Notes: generated by a model from the letters alone, not told the origin. Positions 8,777 to 22,513 are shown, numbered from the stretch's first letter. The stretch is 45,063 nucleotides of DNA from Jatrophihabitans sp. (GCA_039937915.1 JBDTFN010000193.1:1-45063), one strand, 5' to 3'. Translations and numbers: made by a program.

Positions 8777-9840
8777 GACTTCGGTGGGGCGCCTCTGCGG
8801 GGCGCGGGGCAGCAGCCAACCGGGCAGTCGATGCCACACAGCCCGAGCTCGCCGAGCAGGAGCGGCGTCGCGCCGGAGGTCTGTTCCTCGATGAGGTCGA
8901 CAATCGCCGCGACGAAGGCCGGATGGGTCCCCGCGGTGGACGCCCGGGCGAAGGCGAGGCCCAACTCGGCGGCCGTCTGTGCGGCCTCGGTGTCGAGGTC
9001 CCATCGCACTTCCACATGATCGGACACGAAACCGGTCGGCGCGACGACCACGGCCGTCGTGCCTGCGGCAGCCAGCATCCGCAGGTGGTCGTTCACGTCA
9101 GGCTCCAACCACGGCACCTGGGGCGGTCCAGAGCGGGACTGCCACACGAGGTCGAATTCGGCCCCCGGCCCCCGCACCTGCTCGGCGACGAGGCGGGCGG
9201 TCTCACGCTGCTGGCGCTCGTAGAGCCCGTTGGCATCGGGGCCGGAGGCCTCGTTCATCGACGTCGGGATCGAGTGGGAGGTGAACACGAGCCGCGCGGA
9301 GTCACGCTGCTCCTTCGGCAGCGTGGCCAGCGCGTCGGCGACCGCGGCCGCGTTGGCCTCGATGAAGCCGGGATGGTCGAAGTAGTGGCGGATCTTCACC
9401 AGCTCCGGCGCGCCCGCCCCGCTCACCCGGACGGCCTGCTCGAGGTCCTCACGGTACTGGCGGCAGCCCGAGTACGACGTCGTCGCACTGGTCGTGAACA
9501 CCAGCGCGCGCCGGACGCCGGCGTCGCGCATCTGACGCACCGCGTCCGCGACGTAGGGCTTCCAGTTCCGGTTGCCCCAGTAGATCGGCAGGTCCAACCC
9601 ACGGCTCGCGAGGGCGGGTCCGAGCGCGGTGATCAGCGCCCGGTTCTGCTCATTGATCGGGCTGACGCCGTGAAAGTGTTGGTAATGCTCGGCGACCTCG
9701 GCGAGGCGTTCGTCGGGGATGCCTCGGCCGCGCGTGACGTTGCGAAGGAACGGCATGACGTCCTCCGGGCCCTCGGGGCCGCCGAAGGACAGCAGCAGCA
9801 GTGCGTCGAACTGGACCGTGTCCGCGTCCGGCTCGCTCAC
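8773..9840 (-). CDS. hemH: Ferrochelatase (coproporphyrin ferrochelatase type)
   Basis: [29 protein letters not shown]...[14 protein letters not shown] and a Cys-rich C-terminus. Confidence 0.95.
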   Translation of the reverse strand: MSEPDADTVQFDALLLLSFGGPEGPEDVMPFLRNVTRGRGIPDERLAEVAEHYQHFHGVSPINEQNRALITALGPALASRGLDLPIYWGNRNWKPYVADAVRQMRDAGVRRALVFTTSATTSYSGCRQYREDLEQAVRVSGAGAPELVKIRHYFDHPGFIEANAAAVADALATLPKEQRDSARLVFTSHSIPTSMNEASGPDANGLYERQQRETARLVAEQVRGPGAEFDLVWQSRSGPPQVPWLEPDVNDHLRMLAAAGTTAVVVAPTGFVSDHVEVRWDLDTEAAQTAAELGLAFARASTAGTHPAFVAAIVDLIEEQTSGATPLLLGELGLCGIDCPVGCCPAPRRGAPPKS

Positions 9841-10608
9841 TCAGACGCCCATCGCGTGGAAACCGCCGTCGACGTGGACGATCTCGCCGGTGGTAGCCGG
9901 GAACCAGTCCGACAGCATCGCCAGCGAGGTGCGGGCGACCGGCTCGGTGTCGCTGTTGTTCCAGCCGAGCGGGGCCCGACCGTCCCAGGCGTCCTCGAAC
10001 GCCGCGAAGCCGGGGATGCTTTTGGCCGCCATCGTCCGCAGGGGGCCGGCCGAGATCAGGTTGACCCGGATGTTGCGCGGGCCGAGTTCGCGCGCGAGGT
10101 AGCGCGATGCGGACTCCAGGCCGGCCTTCGCGACGCCCATCCAGTTGTAGGCCGGCCACGCGAGCGTGGCGTCGAAGGTCATGCCCAAAATCGATCCGCC
10201 GGACTCGCCGAACAGCGGGAGGGTGGCGGCCGCTAGTGACTTCAGCGAGAAGGCCGAGACCTGCACGGCCGTAGCGACGTCGGCCCACGGCGTGCCGAGA
10301 AAGTCCTCGCCCAACGCCGACGCGGGTGCGAACCCGATCGAATGGACGACACCGTCGAGTCCGTCGACGTGCTCACCCACCCGGTCGGCGAGGGTGGCCA
10401 GGTGCTCGTCGTCGGCCACGTCCAACTCCACCACCGCAGGCGGCTCGGGCAGTCGTTTGGCCACGCGTTCGACGAGCGACATCCGGCCGTACCCGGTGAG
10501 CACGACCTTGGCGCCCTCCTGCTGCGCGAGCCGTGCGATCGCGAACGCGATGGACGCGTCGGTGATGACACCGGTGATGAGTAGACGCTTACCGTCCAGC
10601 AGACCCAT
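9841..10608 (-). CDS. fabI: Enoyl-ACP reductase FabI/InhA
   Basis: LITGVITDASIAF, VHSIGFAP, WPAYNWMGVAK and AGPLRTMA. Confidence 0.96.
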   Translation of the reverse strand: MGLLDGKRLLITGVITDASIAFAIARLAQQEGAKVVLTGYGRMSLVERVAKRLPEPPAVVELDVADDEHLATLADRVGEHVDGLDGVVHSIGFAPASALGEDFLGTPWADVATAVQVSAFSLKSLAAATLPLFGESGGSILGMTFDATLAWPAYNWMGVAKAGLESASRYLARELGPRNIRVNLISAGPLRTMAAKSIPGFAAFEDAWDGRAPLGWNNSDTEPVARTSLAMLSDWFPATTGEIVHVDGGFHAMGV

Positions 10609-10621
10609 ATCTTGTCCTTTC

Positions 10622-11386
<765 letters not shown>

Positions 11387-11409
11387 TCACGTTCGCGTAC
11401 GGTCGCTGT

Positions 11410-12360
11410 GTGCGCGCGATTCAGATCACCGAGTTCGGTGGACCCGAGACCCTTGTCGTCCGAGAGCTGCCCAGCCCCGAGACGGGGCCCGGTGAGCAGG
11501 TCCTCGACGTCCTCGCCGCCGGCGTCAACTACGCCGACACCCATCAGACCGAGGACTCCTACCTGGCCAAGCAGACGCTGCCGCTGATCCCGGGTTCCGA
11601 GGTCGTCGTGCGGGGCCAGGCCGGTCGTCTGCTCGGCCTGATCGGCGGTGGTGGTTACGCCACCCAGGTGGCGGTCGACCCGCAGAATCTGTTCCCGATC
11701 CCGGATGGCGTCAGCGACGGGCAGGCCCTCACCACCCTCGTGCAGGGTGCGACGGCGTGGCACCTGCTGCGCACGAGTGCACACCTGGCTGCCGGTGAGA
11801 CGGTGGTCGTGCACGCCGGTGCCGGTGGCGTCGGCACGTTGGCGATCCAACTGGCGAAAAGATGGGGGGCCGGGCGGGTCATCGCCACGGCCTCGAGCGA
11901 TCAGAAACGGCAGTTGACCCTGGATCTCGGTGCGGACGTCGCGGTCGATTCCCGCACCGAAGACCTCACTGCTGCCTTGCGCGACGCAAACAACGGTCGC
12001 GGTGTGGATGTCGTGCTCGAGATGACCGGCGGCACGGTGTTCGACCAGAGCCTGTCCGCGCTCGCCCCGCTCGGCCGTCTGGCCGTGTTCGGGATGGCCG
12101 GCCGCATGCCGCCCAAGCCGGTCGACCCCGGTCGCCTGATGAGCCGCAGCACGGCCGTCATCGGGTTCTGGCTCATGCACGTGGTTCAGCGCCCGCATCT
12201 GCTGGCCGAGGCGGTCACCGACCTGCTGCAACTCATCGACGACGGGTCGGTGCGCCCGGTGCTGGGAGATACCTACTCCCTCGAAGGTGCCGCGGATGCA
12301 CACCGAGCCCTGCTCGATCGCAGTTCGGTCGGCAAGCTCGTGATCGATCCGCGCCGCTGA
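11410..12360 (+). CDS. NADPH:quinone oxidoreductase (zeta-crystallin/MDR family)
   Basis: VRAIQITEFGGPE, AAGVNYAD, HAGAGGVG and GKLVI; TACGGT lies 6 nt before GTG11410. Confidence 0.9.
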   Translation: MRAIQITEFGGPETLVVRELPSPETGPGEQVLDVLAAGVNYADTHQTEDSYLAKQTLPLIPGSEVVVRGQAGRLLGLIGGGGYATQVAVDPQNLFPIPDGVSDGQALTTLVQGATAWHLLRTSAHLAAGETVVVHAGAGGVGTLAIQLAKRWGAGRVIATASSDQKRQLTLDLGADVAVDSRTEDLTAALRDANNGRGVDVVLEMTGGTVFDQSLSALAPLGRLAVFGMAGRMPPKPVDPGRLMSRSTAVIGFWLMHVVQRPHLLAEAVTDLLQLIDDGSVRPVLGDTYSLEGAADAHRALLDRSSVGKLVIDPRR

Positions 12361-12378
12361 GTCAGTCTGCGGTCGCCC

Positions 12379-13341
12379 TCAAACCAGTCGCCCCGACCAG
12401 AGCATCGACGTGCCCGCGGTCAGGAAGAGCAGCAGTACCCCGACCAGCAGATAGCGGTAGCTGATGTCCTGCTTCTTCGTGGTGTAGCCGATCTGCGAGC
12501 CGATGTTGGAGTACACGTCGCGCAGTTCGGACTCCGAACGGGCAAGGTTGAACGAACCCCCCGTCTCGACGGCGATCCGCCGCAGCGTCGCGTCGTCTGC
12601 GGGTACCGACACGGTTTGGCCACCGCTGGTCACCGTGCCGGTCGGAGTGCCGAACGCGATGGTGGAGACCTGCACGCCCGCCTTCTTCGCCGCGGCGATG
12701 GCGTCGCTCACGCTCCGACCGATCGTGTTGGTGCCGTCGCTGAGCAGAACGATCTTGCGCGGCGGCAGCTTTGATCCTTTGGCGATCCGAGACTTGGTAT
12801 AGATGTCGATCGCGCGTAGCGCGCCGAAGATGGCCTCGCCGATCGCGGTGTAGTTCTGCAGACGCAGCGAGTCGATGCCTCGTTTCACCTGCTCGCGGTC
12901 CACCGTGGGGGCCACGATCACGTCGGCGGTGCGGGCGAAGCTAAGCAGGCCGAGGTTGATCGAACTCGGCAACTTGTCGGCAAAGTTCTTACCGGCCGAC
13001 TTCGCGGCGCCGATGCGTGAGGGCAGCACGTCGGTGGCCTTCATCGACAGTGACACATCGATGTCGAGCATCACGGTGGCGTTGTTGCGGGGCACCTTGA
13101 CCTTCGTCGCAGGCTTGGCCACTCCGAAGGACAGCGTGGCGAGCGAGGCGATGAGCAGCGCGAAGGTGACGTGTCGTCGCCAGCCAGGACGTTTGGGCGC
13201 GATACTTCCGAGCAGTTCGACGTTGCTGAACCGGGCGACGAATCGCTCGCGGCGTAGTTGCAGGATCACGTAGACGCCGATAAGGGCGGCGACGGGAATC
13301 AGCAGGAGCAACCAGCCCGGCGAGATGAAATCGAAGGACAT
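12379..13341 (-). CDS. vWA domain membrane protein (BatA-like)
   Basis: MIDAS motif DVSLSM, TAIGEAI and LLSDG; TM helices at both ends. Confidence 0.9.
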   Translation of the reverse strand: MSFDFISPGWLLLLIPVAALIGVYVILQLRRERFVARFSNVELLGSIAPKRPGWRRHVTFALLIASLATLSFGVAKPATKVKVPRNNATVMLDIDVSLSMKATDVLPSRIGAAKSAGKNFADKLPSSINLGLLSFARTADVIVAPTVDREQVKRGIDSLRLQNYTAIGEAIFGALRAIDIYTKSRIAKGSKLPPRKIVLLSDGTNTIGRSVSDAIAAAKKAGVQVSTIAFGTPTGTVTSGGQTVSVPADDATLRRIAVETGGSFNLARSESELRDVYSNIGSQIGYTTKKQDISYRYLLVGVLLLFLTAGTSMLWSGRLV

Positions 13342-14351
13342 CAGCGGACCCCCGCCCCGACGGCACCCACCACGAACTGGCGGCGCGCGATCACGAAACG
13401 CACGACGTCGGCAAGCCAGTCCCGATCGGTGCGTAGTTGCAGGTGGGCAGCGCCGGCGTGGCGCAGCGAGGCGGCGATCCGCTCACGCTGGGCGAGCGCA
13501 GCAGCGGCGTACTGAGCCCGGACCTTCGAGTCCGAGGTCTGCACCTCGAGCTGACGTCCGGTCTCGGTGTCGACGAAAGTGACCAGCCCAGCGGCCGGGA
13601 GTTCGAGCTCCCGCGGGTCGAGTACCTCGACTCCGAGCAACTGGTGCCGAGCCGACAGCGCCCGCAGCGCCCGTTCCCACGCGATCGGTTTGCCTGGCTC
13701 GACGGCTGCGCCAGCGCCCTCCATGAAGTCGGAGATGACCGCGACCAACCCGCGCCGACGCTGCGGGCGACGCAACTGCTCGAGCATGCGGGCCAGGTCG
13801 TTCGGACCCGCCCCGGTCGACCGGGGCGTCTGCGCGATCCGACGGGTGAGATGCCGGCCGTGCGCCCGCCCACTGAGCGCGGGGATGACGTAGCTCTGCT
13901 CGCCGTTGGCGACGATTGCGCCCACCCGGTTGCCACCGCGGACGGTCAGGTGGGTGATTGCCGTGATCGCGGCAAGGACCAGCTCACGCTTCTCGGTCAG
14001 CGCGGTGCCGAAATCCATGCTCGCCGACAGGTCGACCACGAGCCAGGTCTCGAGTTCGCGATCGGCCACGGTCTGGCGGATGTGCGGCGACATCGTCCTG
14101 GCCGTCACCGGCCAATCCATGCGTCGCACGTCGTCGCCGACGGCGTAGGGCCTCGACTCCCCCGCCTCGCTGCCGGGACCGGGGACGAGACCGAGGTAGT
14201 TGCCCTGTAACAGTCCGTCGAGCTTGTTGCGCACCACCAGCTCGAGACGGCGCAGCAGTGCGTCCGCCCCGTGTAGGTCGAGGCTCGGGCCGTGGTCGGT
14301 GGCCGGCGACGCGACCTTCGACGCGGCCGGCCCGGCAGGTCGAGCCGTCAC
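13341..14351 (-). CDS. DUF58 family protein
   Basis: RPYAVGDDVRRMDWPVTAR, DLSASM and ISDF; between moxR and the vWA gene. Confidence 0.9.
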   Translation of the reverse strand: MTARPAGPAASKVASPATDHGPSLDLHGADALLRRLELVVRNKLDGLLQGNYLGLVPGPGSEAGESRPYAVGDDVRRMDWPVTARTMSPHIRQTVADRELETWLVVDLSASMDFGTALTEKRELVLAAITAITHLTVRGGNRVGAIVANGEQSYVIPALSGRAHGRHLTRRIAQTPRSTGAGPNDLARMLEQLRRPQRRRGLVAVISDFMEGAGAAVEPGKPIAWERALRALSARHQLLGVEVLDPRELELPAAGLVTFVDTETGRQLEVQTSDSKVRAQYAAAALAQRERIAASLRHAGAAHLQLRTDRDWLADVVRFVIARRQFVVGAVGAGVR

Positions 14352-15469
14352 GCCGAGCGCTCACCCCACTGCGCTGTCTGCGGCGGCGCTGCGGTGCCGA
14401 ACACGAGCGGCTGACCGCCCTGCGGCCCCGGTGCGCCCGGTCGGGGCGGGCTCATGTCCGGCTGCCCGGACCGCTGACGGGAAGCAACCTGCGGCAGCGG
14501 TACGGCCTGCAGCACGCGGCGCACCGCGTGCGCGGCCGGCACCCCGTCGGCGATGGCGTCGTAGCTGAGCACCAAGCGGTGGGCGAGTACGTCTACGGCG
14601 ATGTCGAGCACGTCCTGCGGGAGCACGTAGTCCCGACCCCGGGTCAGGGCCATCGCCCGGCCGGCGGCGATGAGACCGAGGCTTGCGCGCGGGCTGGCGC
14701 CGTAGGAGACCCACTGATGCACGTCGTTGAGCCCGAGCTGCTGCGGTGCACGGGTACCCAGGACGAGTCGAACGACGTAGTCGACGATTGCGTGGTGGAC
14801 GAAAACCCGGCTCGAGGTGGCCTGCAGACGTTGCAATTCGTCGGTGCTCAGCACCGCGTTGGCGACCGGCGGGGCCGAGCCCATCCGGTAGATGATCTCG
14901 CGCTCCTCGGCCGCGGTGGGGTAATCGACGGAGATCTTCATCAAGAAGCGGTCACGCTGCGCCTCGGGTAGCGGATAAACGCCTTCGGACTCGATCGGGT
15001 TCTGCGTCGCGAGCACGAGGAAGGGCGCCGGCACGTCGAAGCGCTTCCCACCGATCGTGACGTGCCGCTCGGCCATGACCTCGAGCAGAGCTGACTGCAC
15101 CTTGGCCGGCGCCCGGTTGATCTCGTCGGCGAGAACGAAGTTCGCCATGATCGGGCCGAGTTCGGTGTCAAAGGCCTCCGCGCCAGGGCGGTAGATGCGC
15201 GTGCCGACGATGTCGGACGGAACGAGGTCCGGGGTGAACTGCAGGCGGGAGAACGAGCCGGACACCGTCCGCGCCAACGTCTCGACGGCAAGAGTCTTCG
15301 CCACCCCGGGCACACCCTCGAGCAGGCAGTGACCCTGAGCGAGCAGGCTTACGACCAGCCGTTCGACCATCCGTTCCTGACCGACGATCACACGCTTGAC
15401 CTCGAACATCACGCGCTCCAACGCGGATGCGTCCGCCGCTGGCGTTTGGATCTGGTCGGACTCGCTCAC
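14348..15469 (-). CDS. moxR: MoxR family AAA+ ATPase
   Basis: EGVPGVAKT, LQFTPDL, ADEINRAP, ATQNPIE and DRF; GAGGAG RBS before GTG15469. Confidence 0.95.
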   Translation of the reverse strand: MSESDQIQTPAADASALERVMFEVKRVIVGQERMVERLVVSLLAQGHCLLEGVPGVAKTLAVETLARTVSGSFSRLQFTPDLVPSDIVGTRIYRPGAEAFDTELGPIMANFVLADEINRAPAKVQSALLEVMAERHVTIGGKRFDVPAPFLVLATQNPIESEGVYPLPEAQRDRFLMKISVDYPTAAEEREIIYRMGSAPPVANAVLSTDELQRLQATSSRVFVHHAIVDYVVRLVLGTRAPQQLGLNDVHQWVSYGASPRASLGLIAAGRAMALTRGRDYVLPQDVLDIAVDVLAHRLVLSYDAIADGVPAAHAVRRVLQAVPLPQVASRQRSGQPDMSPPRPGAPGPQGGQPLVFGTAAPPQTAQWGERSA

Positions 15470-15534
15470 GTGTTCTCCTCGTGCGGTGGGCAGACTCGGA
15501 TCACGGTACGTGACGCGCGCTGTACGGTTCCTGG

Positions 15535-15759
15535 GTGTTGCTGGGCGCCGGTGGTGAGTCCGACACGCCGCGCTGCTCGGCAAAGGGCTGCCGGTCCGAC
15601 GCCACCGTCGACCTCCGTTGGCGCAACCCGGCCCTGCACGACGCGGCACGCGTGAAGCACTGGTTGGCCTGCGATGCCCATGCCGACTCGTTGGCCGACT
15701 TCCTCAGCCGGCGAAGTTTCCTGCTCGACCGTGGACCGCTGCCCGCCACTGACCGCTGA
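15535..15759 (+). CDS. Small conserved Cys/His actinobacterial protein
   Basis: CSAKGC...WRNPALH...WLACDAH...FL pattern; TACGGT lies 6 nt before the GTG. Confidence 0.7.
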   Translation: MLLGAGGESDTPRCSAKGCRSDATVDLRWRNPALHDAARVKHWLACDAHADSLADFLSRRSFLLDRGPLPATDR

Positions 15760-15770
15760 GCACCGACGGC

Positions 15771-16826
15771 TCAGCCGCCGATCGCCGACATCGAGCGGGC
15801 GGGCTGGACGAAGCCGACCGTGTTGATGCCGTGGCCGGCCTGCTTGCCCCGGACCGCGACCCGGATGATCTCGGCCAGCTCATCATCGCTCGCCCCGGCT
15901 CGCAAGGGGCCCCGCAGATCAGTCTCGGCCTGCGCGAACAGGCAGGTACGCAACTGCCCGTCTGCCGTCAGCCGGAGCCGGTCGCAGTCCCGGCAGAACG
16001 GGCGGGTGACGGACGCGATGATGCCCAGTGACCCGACCGGCTCGAACCAGTCGGCTCGGTCCGGGCCGTCAGTGACCTCGAACTCCTCGGCGGGCGCGTT
16101 GCCGCGCACACCGACCGGTCGCACCGTGTACTCCTTGCCGAGGATCTCGAGGATCTCCTCGGCGGTGACCATCTCGTCGCGGGACCAGGTGTGATCGGCG
16201 TCCAACGGCATGTGCTCGATGAAGCGCAACCGGTAGCCGTGCTGCAACGACCAGGCGAGCAGTTCGGGAGCCTCATGCAGGTTGCTTCCGCGCACCAACA
16301 CAGAGTTGATCTTGATCGGCTGAAGGCCGGCACTCGACGCCGCCGCGATGCCGCTCAGCACAGCGGAGAGGCGGTCCCGACGGGTCAATTCGGCGAAACG
16401 CGCTCGGTCCAGCGTGTCCAGGGAGACGTTGATGCGCTCCAGGCCGGCTTCGGCCAGCGTGGCGGCGTGCCGCTCGAGGGTCACGCCGTTGGTGGTCAGC
16501 GATAGCGCGGGCCGGGGGTCCAGTGCGGACAACCGGGCGATGACGTCCGGCAGCGTGGGGTGGACGAGCGGTTCGCCGCCGGTGAGCCGGATGCTCCGCA
16601 CGCCGAGTTCGCCGAACAAACGGGCCAGCCGCACGAATTCGTCATCGGTGAGCCGTTGCGCCTTGGTCAGCCAGTCCAGTCCCTCGGCCGGCATGCAGTA
16701 GGTGCAGCGCAGCGAGCACAGGTCGGTGAGCGAGATCCGAAGGTCGCGCGCGACTCGGCCGAACTGGTCGACCAGTTCGCCACGCACTGGCTGCGCGACA
16801 TCCTCTGCGCCCGGCTCGGAGTTCAT
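15771..16826 (-). CDS. moaA: GTP 3',8-cyclase MoaA
   Basis: CSLRCTYC radical-SAM motif, RLTGGEP, FCRDCDRLR...TCLF and C-terminal IGG. Confidence 0.95.
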   Translation of the reverse strand: MNSEPGAEDVAQPVRGELVDQFGRVARDLRISLTDLCSLRCTYCMPAEGLDWLTKAQRLTDDEFVRLARLFGELGVRSIRLTGGEPLVHPTLPDVIARLSALDPRPALSLTTNGVTLERHAATLAEAGLERINVSLDTLDRARFAELTRRDRLSAVLSGIAAASSAGLQPIKINSVLVRGSNLHEAPELLAWSLQHGYRLRFIEHMPLDADHTWSRDEMVTAEEILEILGKEYTVRPVGVRGNAPAEEFEVTDGPDRADWFEPVGSLGIIASVTRPFCRDCDRLRLTADGQLRTCLFAQAETDLRGPLRAGASDDELAEIIRVAVRGKQAGHGINTVGFVQPARSMSAIGG

Positions 16827-16878
16827 GATCCCCACGCTACGCGTCACGATGAGGAAGGCGCTCGTCGACGATGTCGAC

Positions 16879-18342
16879 TCAGGTGAGCGGACGGGTCGTG
16901 AAGGAAATCGATCCGGGGCTGTACATGGAGCTCTCCACGATCTGCTCCCCGCTGTTCGGCGCCTGGATGATCTGGCCGTTTCCGCTGTAGATCGCCACGT
17001 GGTGAATGCTCCCCACCGAGCCGTCGTCACTGTAGAAGAGCAGATCACCGGGCAGAAGTTGGCTGATCGACGGATGGAAGCTGCCGGCCTGGGAGTACTG
17101 GGTGGCCGCATAGTGGTCCCAGCCGCGATGCCACGCGTACATCGCCAGACCCGAGCAGTCGAAGCCGGATACGTAGCAGTCGTACGGGGCACCGGCGGAT
17201 GGGACGCAGAAACCCTGCGACGGGCCGTTCGCTCCCCCTCCACCCCAGGCGTAGATCACGCCGATCTGGCTCCGGGCGCGAGCAACCGCCTTGCGGCCCT
17301 TTGCCGCCGTCCAGCCGCCGGCACTCGGCGCGGGCGGATTGTTCGTCGACGGCTCCGGGTTGTAGGACTGACCGCTGCCAGAATGGCCGCCGCCGTTGCC
17401 GCTTCCGCTGTTGCCGCCGCCGGCATTCTGGCGCGCCCGATCGCGGGCAGCCTGGGCGGCCTGGGCAGCCTGGGCGGCTTGGGCGGCCAGAAACTTCTCG
17501 TGTTGGATCTCGGCCAGCCGAATGCGCTCCTGCCGCGCCTTTTCCCGCGCGATCGCCGCGAGTCGCGCCTGCTCGACCTGGTAGGCGATGTAGCGTTGTC
17601 GCTGTCCCTGCAGCGTCGCGAGCTGTGACGCCGCGCTATCGAGTTGGTTCTGGGTCTGCGTCATGGAAGCCTGGATCGAGGCCGACTGGTTCTGCTGGGC
17701 GTTGTACGCCTGGGCCGCCTGCCGTTGGGCGACCAACGCGTCCGACTTTTTCTGTTTCGCGAGATCTGCAGCTTTCCGAGCCTTGGTTCCTGCGTTGAGC
17801 TGAACGACCTGGGCCTGTTGGAAACGTCCGATCGCGCCGGACTTGTTCTCGATCGCGTACTGCTCGAAGCTCGTCTCCTCGAGCAGGGAACTCGGGTTCG
17901 ATGCGCTGAGCAGGGTGCCGGTCATGCCCGCCGGGCGACCGTCGATGTAGACCGCCTGGACGTAGCGGGCGAAACCGGTTCGGGCGTCGGTTGTGGTCTT
18001 TATCGAGTTCTGGTAGATCGCATCGGCCTGCTGCTTGGCCGCGTCGGCCTTGCGGGACTCGTCGAAGGCGTAGGCGACCTTCTGCTCAGCAAGATCGACA
18101 TTGGCCTGCAACTGCTGCAGGCGGGCCTCGGATCGGGCCAGCTCCCCACCGAGCTGTCCGATCTGCGCGGCAAGTGCGTCCTTCTGCGTCGAAGCCGACT
18201 GGAGTTGCCCGTCGCTCGGGTTGGGTGGCGGCGTCGGCGCGGCTTGCGCATTGTGCCCGACGGCGAACAGAAGGCTCAGCGCGACCGCGGCGGCGGTGAC
18301 GAGACTGCCTGCCCGCCGGGCATCGACACGGTTAACCAGCAC
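16879..18342 (-). CDS. Secreted coiled-coil NlpC/P60 peptidoglycan endopeptidase (RipA-like)
   Basis: Signal peptide ending AQA, long coiled coil, Gly/Ser linker, YAWGGG, GFDCSGL and HHVAIY. Confidence 0.9.
   Translation of the reverse strand: MLVNRVDARRAGSLVTAAAVALSLLFAVGHNAQAAPTPPPNPSDGQLQSASTQKDALAAQIGQLGGELARSEARLQQLQANVDLAEQKVAYAFDESRKADAAKQQADAIYQNSIKTTTDARTGFARYVQAVYIDGRPAGMTGTLLSASNPSSLLEETSFEQYAIENKSGAIGRFQQAQVVQLNAGTKARKAADLAKQKKSDALVAQRQAAQAYNAQQNQSASIQASMTQTQNQLDSAASQLATLQGQRQRYIAYQVEQARLAAIAREKARQERIRLAEIQHEKFLAAQAAQAAQAAQAARDRARQNAGGGNSGSGNGGGHSGSGQSYNPEPSTNNPPAPSAGGWTAAKGRKAVARARSQIGVIYAWGGGGANGPSQGFCVPSAGAPYDCYVSGFDCSGLAMYAWHRGWDHYAATQYSQAGSFHPSISQLLPGDLLFYSDDGSVGSIHHVAIYSGNGQIIQAPNSGEQIVESSMYSPGSISFTTRPLT
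17446..17487. repeat. 9-bp coding tandem repeat (about 4.7 copies) encoding AAQ repeats
   Basis: ggcagcctg ggcggcctg ggcagcctg ggcggcttg ggcggc. Confidence 0.8.
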
Positions 18343-18497
18343 AGCAATTCTCTCCGCTCGACGAACCGAACACGGCGCCCCCGTTCGGACTCAGCCGCCC
18401 CAGACTGCCACTTCATTCACATGCGCGCCAGGGGAAACTCTGGAAACACCAGCACCAAGAGTCACAAAAGGTACGAATATTGCCACGCTCGAGCCCG

Positions 18498-19589
18498 TCA
18501 GTGGAGCAACGCGCGCTCGGGTTCCATGTCGTCATCGGCGATCTGCGGGGCGCGCGGGGCGTCCTCGGGGACGCAATCTGTGCGAGTGAGGCGCTCGCGC
18601 CGCCAGGCTTCCCACCGGTTGAGCGCGAGATGCACGCCGATGGCGTAGGCGATGCCCGGGATGATGTCCAGGACGTAATGCTCGCCGCAATAGACGAGCG
18701 TGAAGCCCATGGCGATGGGGTAGGCGAGGGCCAACCACCGCCATCTGGTCCGAAGCTGGCTGATCGCCACGATCGCCACCAGCATGGCGAAGGCGGTGTG
18801 CAGGGACGGCATCGCGGCGACCGGGTTGGCGCCACCGCTCTGCGCCCGCTCCAGCGCCTCATTGACGTCACCGAGGTTCAGGGAGATCCAGCCACGCGCC
18901 GACAACCGCGCGATCGGCTCGGTGAGGCCGTTCTTGGCCGCGTACCAGGGCGGCGCCTCCGGGAATAGGCAGTACGTGATCAGCCCGGCCACGGAGAGCA
19001 CGACGACGCGGGAGATGTAGCGCAGCCACACCGCCCGATCCCGCAGCCAGAGGATTGCCGCCAGGAGCGGCGTCGCCACGAAGTGGGAGGTGTACACCAG
19101 CGTGCAGGCGACGTCGTACCAGTGGATCTGGGTTGGGCTGTACAGATGATGTTGGAGCCACAGCGTCGGTTCGGTACCCCCGAACAGCCATCGTTCGGCG
19201 TCGAGGACGTCCTGCTCGTGCAGGGGTAGCCCGATGGTGTCGGCGACGCTGCGTGTGCGGTCGTAGAGAAGCAGAACCGCAGTGAACGGCAGCCAGTCGA
19301 GCAAGACGCGTCCGGACCGGCGCCAACCATGACCCACGCTCGTGAGCACCAGTCCGACGATGATCGTGACGGCCAGCGGCGTCCGGTCCGTCGGGATGCC
19401 GTCGACGAACACCGACCAGGCCACCACCGTCAGAAACACCGCGTACGCCGCCAGCCGCACCCGCGTCCAACCGACCGCGTGGATGGGCCGCAGCATCGCG
19501 CCGTAGACCGTGGTGAACGCGGTCGCGCGGGTGCCGCGTGGGGTTCCGCGGTTGGCCGTGACGAGATCCCCCCCCGGCTCGGCCTCCAC
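18498..19589 (-). CDS. PAP2 superfamily membrane protein (Aur1/IPC-synthase-like)
   Basis: FPEAPPW, AAMPSLH and GEHYVLD motifs; TAAACT lies 7 nt before GTG19589 (alternative ATG19496). Confidence 0.85.
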   Translation of the reverse strand: MEAEPGGDLVTANRGTPRGTRATAFTTVYGAMLRPIHAVGWTRVRLAAYAVFLTVVAWSVFVDGIPTDRTPLAVTIIVGLVLTSVGHGWRRSGRVLLDWLPFTAVLLLYDRTRSVADTIGLPLHEQDVLDAERWLFGGTEPTLWLQHHLYSPTQIHWYDVACTLVYTSHFVATPLLAAILWLRDRAVWLRYISRVVVLSVAGLITYCLFPEAPPWYAAKNGLTEPIARLSARGWISLNLGDVNEALERAQSGGANPVAAMPSLHTAFAMLVAIVAISQLRTRWRWLALAYPIAMGFTLVYCGEHYVLDIIPGIAYAIGVHLALNRWEAWRRERLTRTDCVPEDAPRAPQIADDDMEPERALLH

Positions 19590-19659
19590 GGCGGGCAGTT
19601 TACGTTCACGATGGCCCGACTGGTGGCGCTTCACTCGGCATCCTCTTGGGCTTGCGTGA

Positions 19660-19677
19660 TATCTTGACGTCAAGATA
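19660..19677. promoter_or_regulatory. Perfect 18-bp palindromic operator upstream of aconitase (TamR/PecS-like MarR site)
   Basis: TATCTTGACGTCAAGATA equals its own reverse complement; 40 nt upstream of the acnA start. Confidence 0.75.
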
Positions 19678-19717
19678 CTTTGGCTCAATCAGATTTTCGA
19701 CACGAACAGGAGCAGCC

Positions 19718-22507
<2,790 letters not shown>

Positions 22508-22513
22508 GGCTGG

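Noticed and set aside
15771-17243. 490-aa N-terminally extended MoaA (similarly extended XylB, MoxR and XylF)
   Set aside because: The extensions overlap neighbouring genes or promoters; shorter starts have SD or -10 support.
18343-18497. c-di-AMP (ydaO) riboswitch or MtrA box upstream of the RipA-like gene
   Set aside because: Conserved ydaO segments are not visible. A single GTCACA is present but without a correctly spaced repeat. An Infernal/Rfam scan would settle it.
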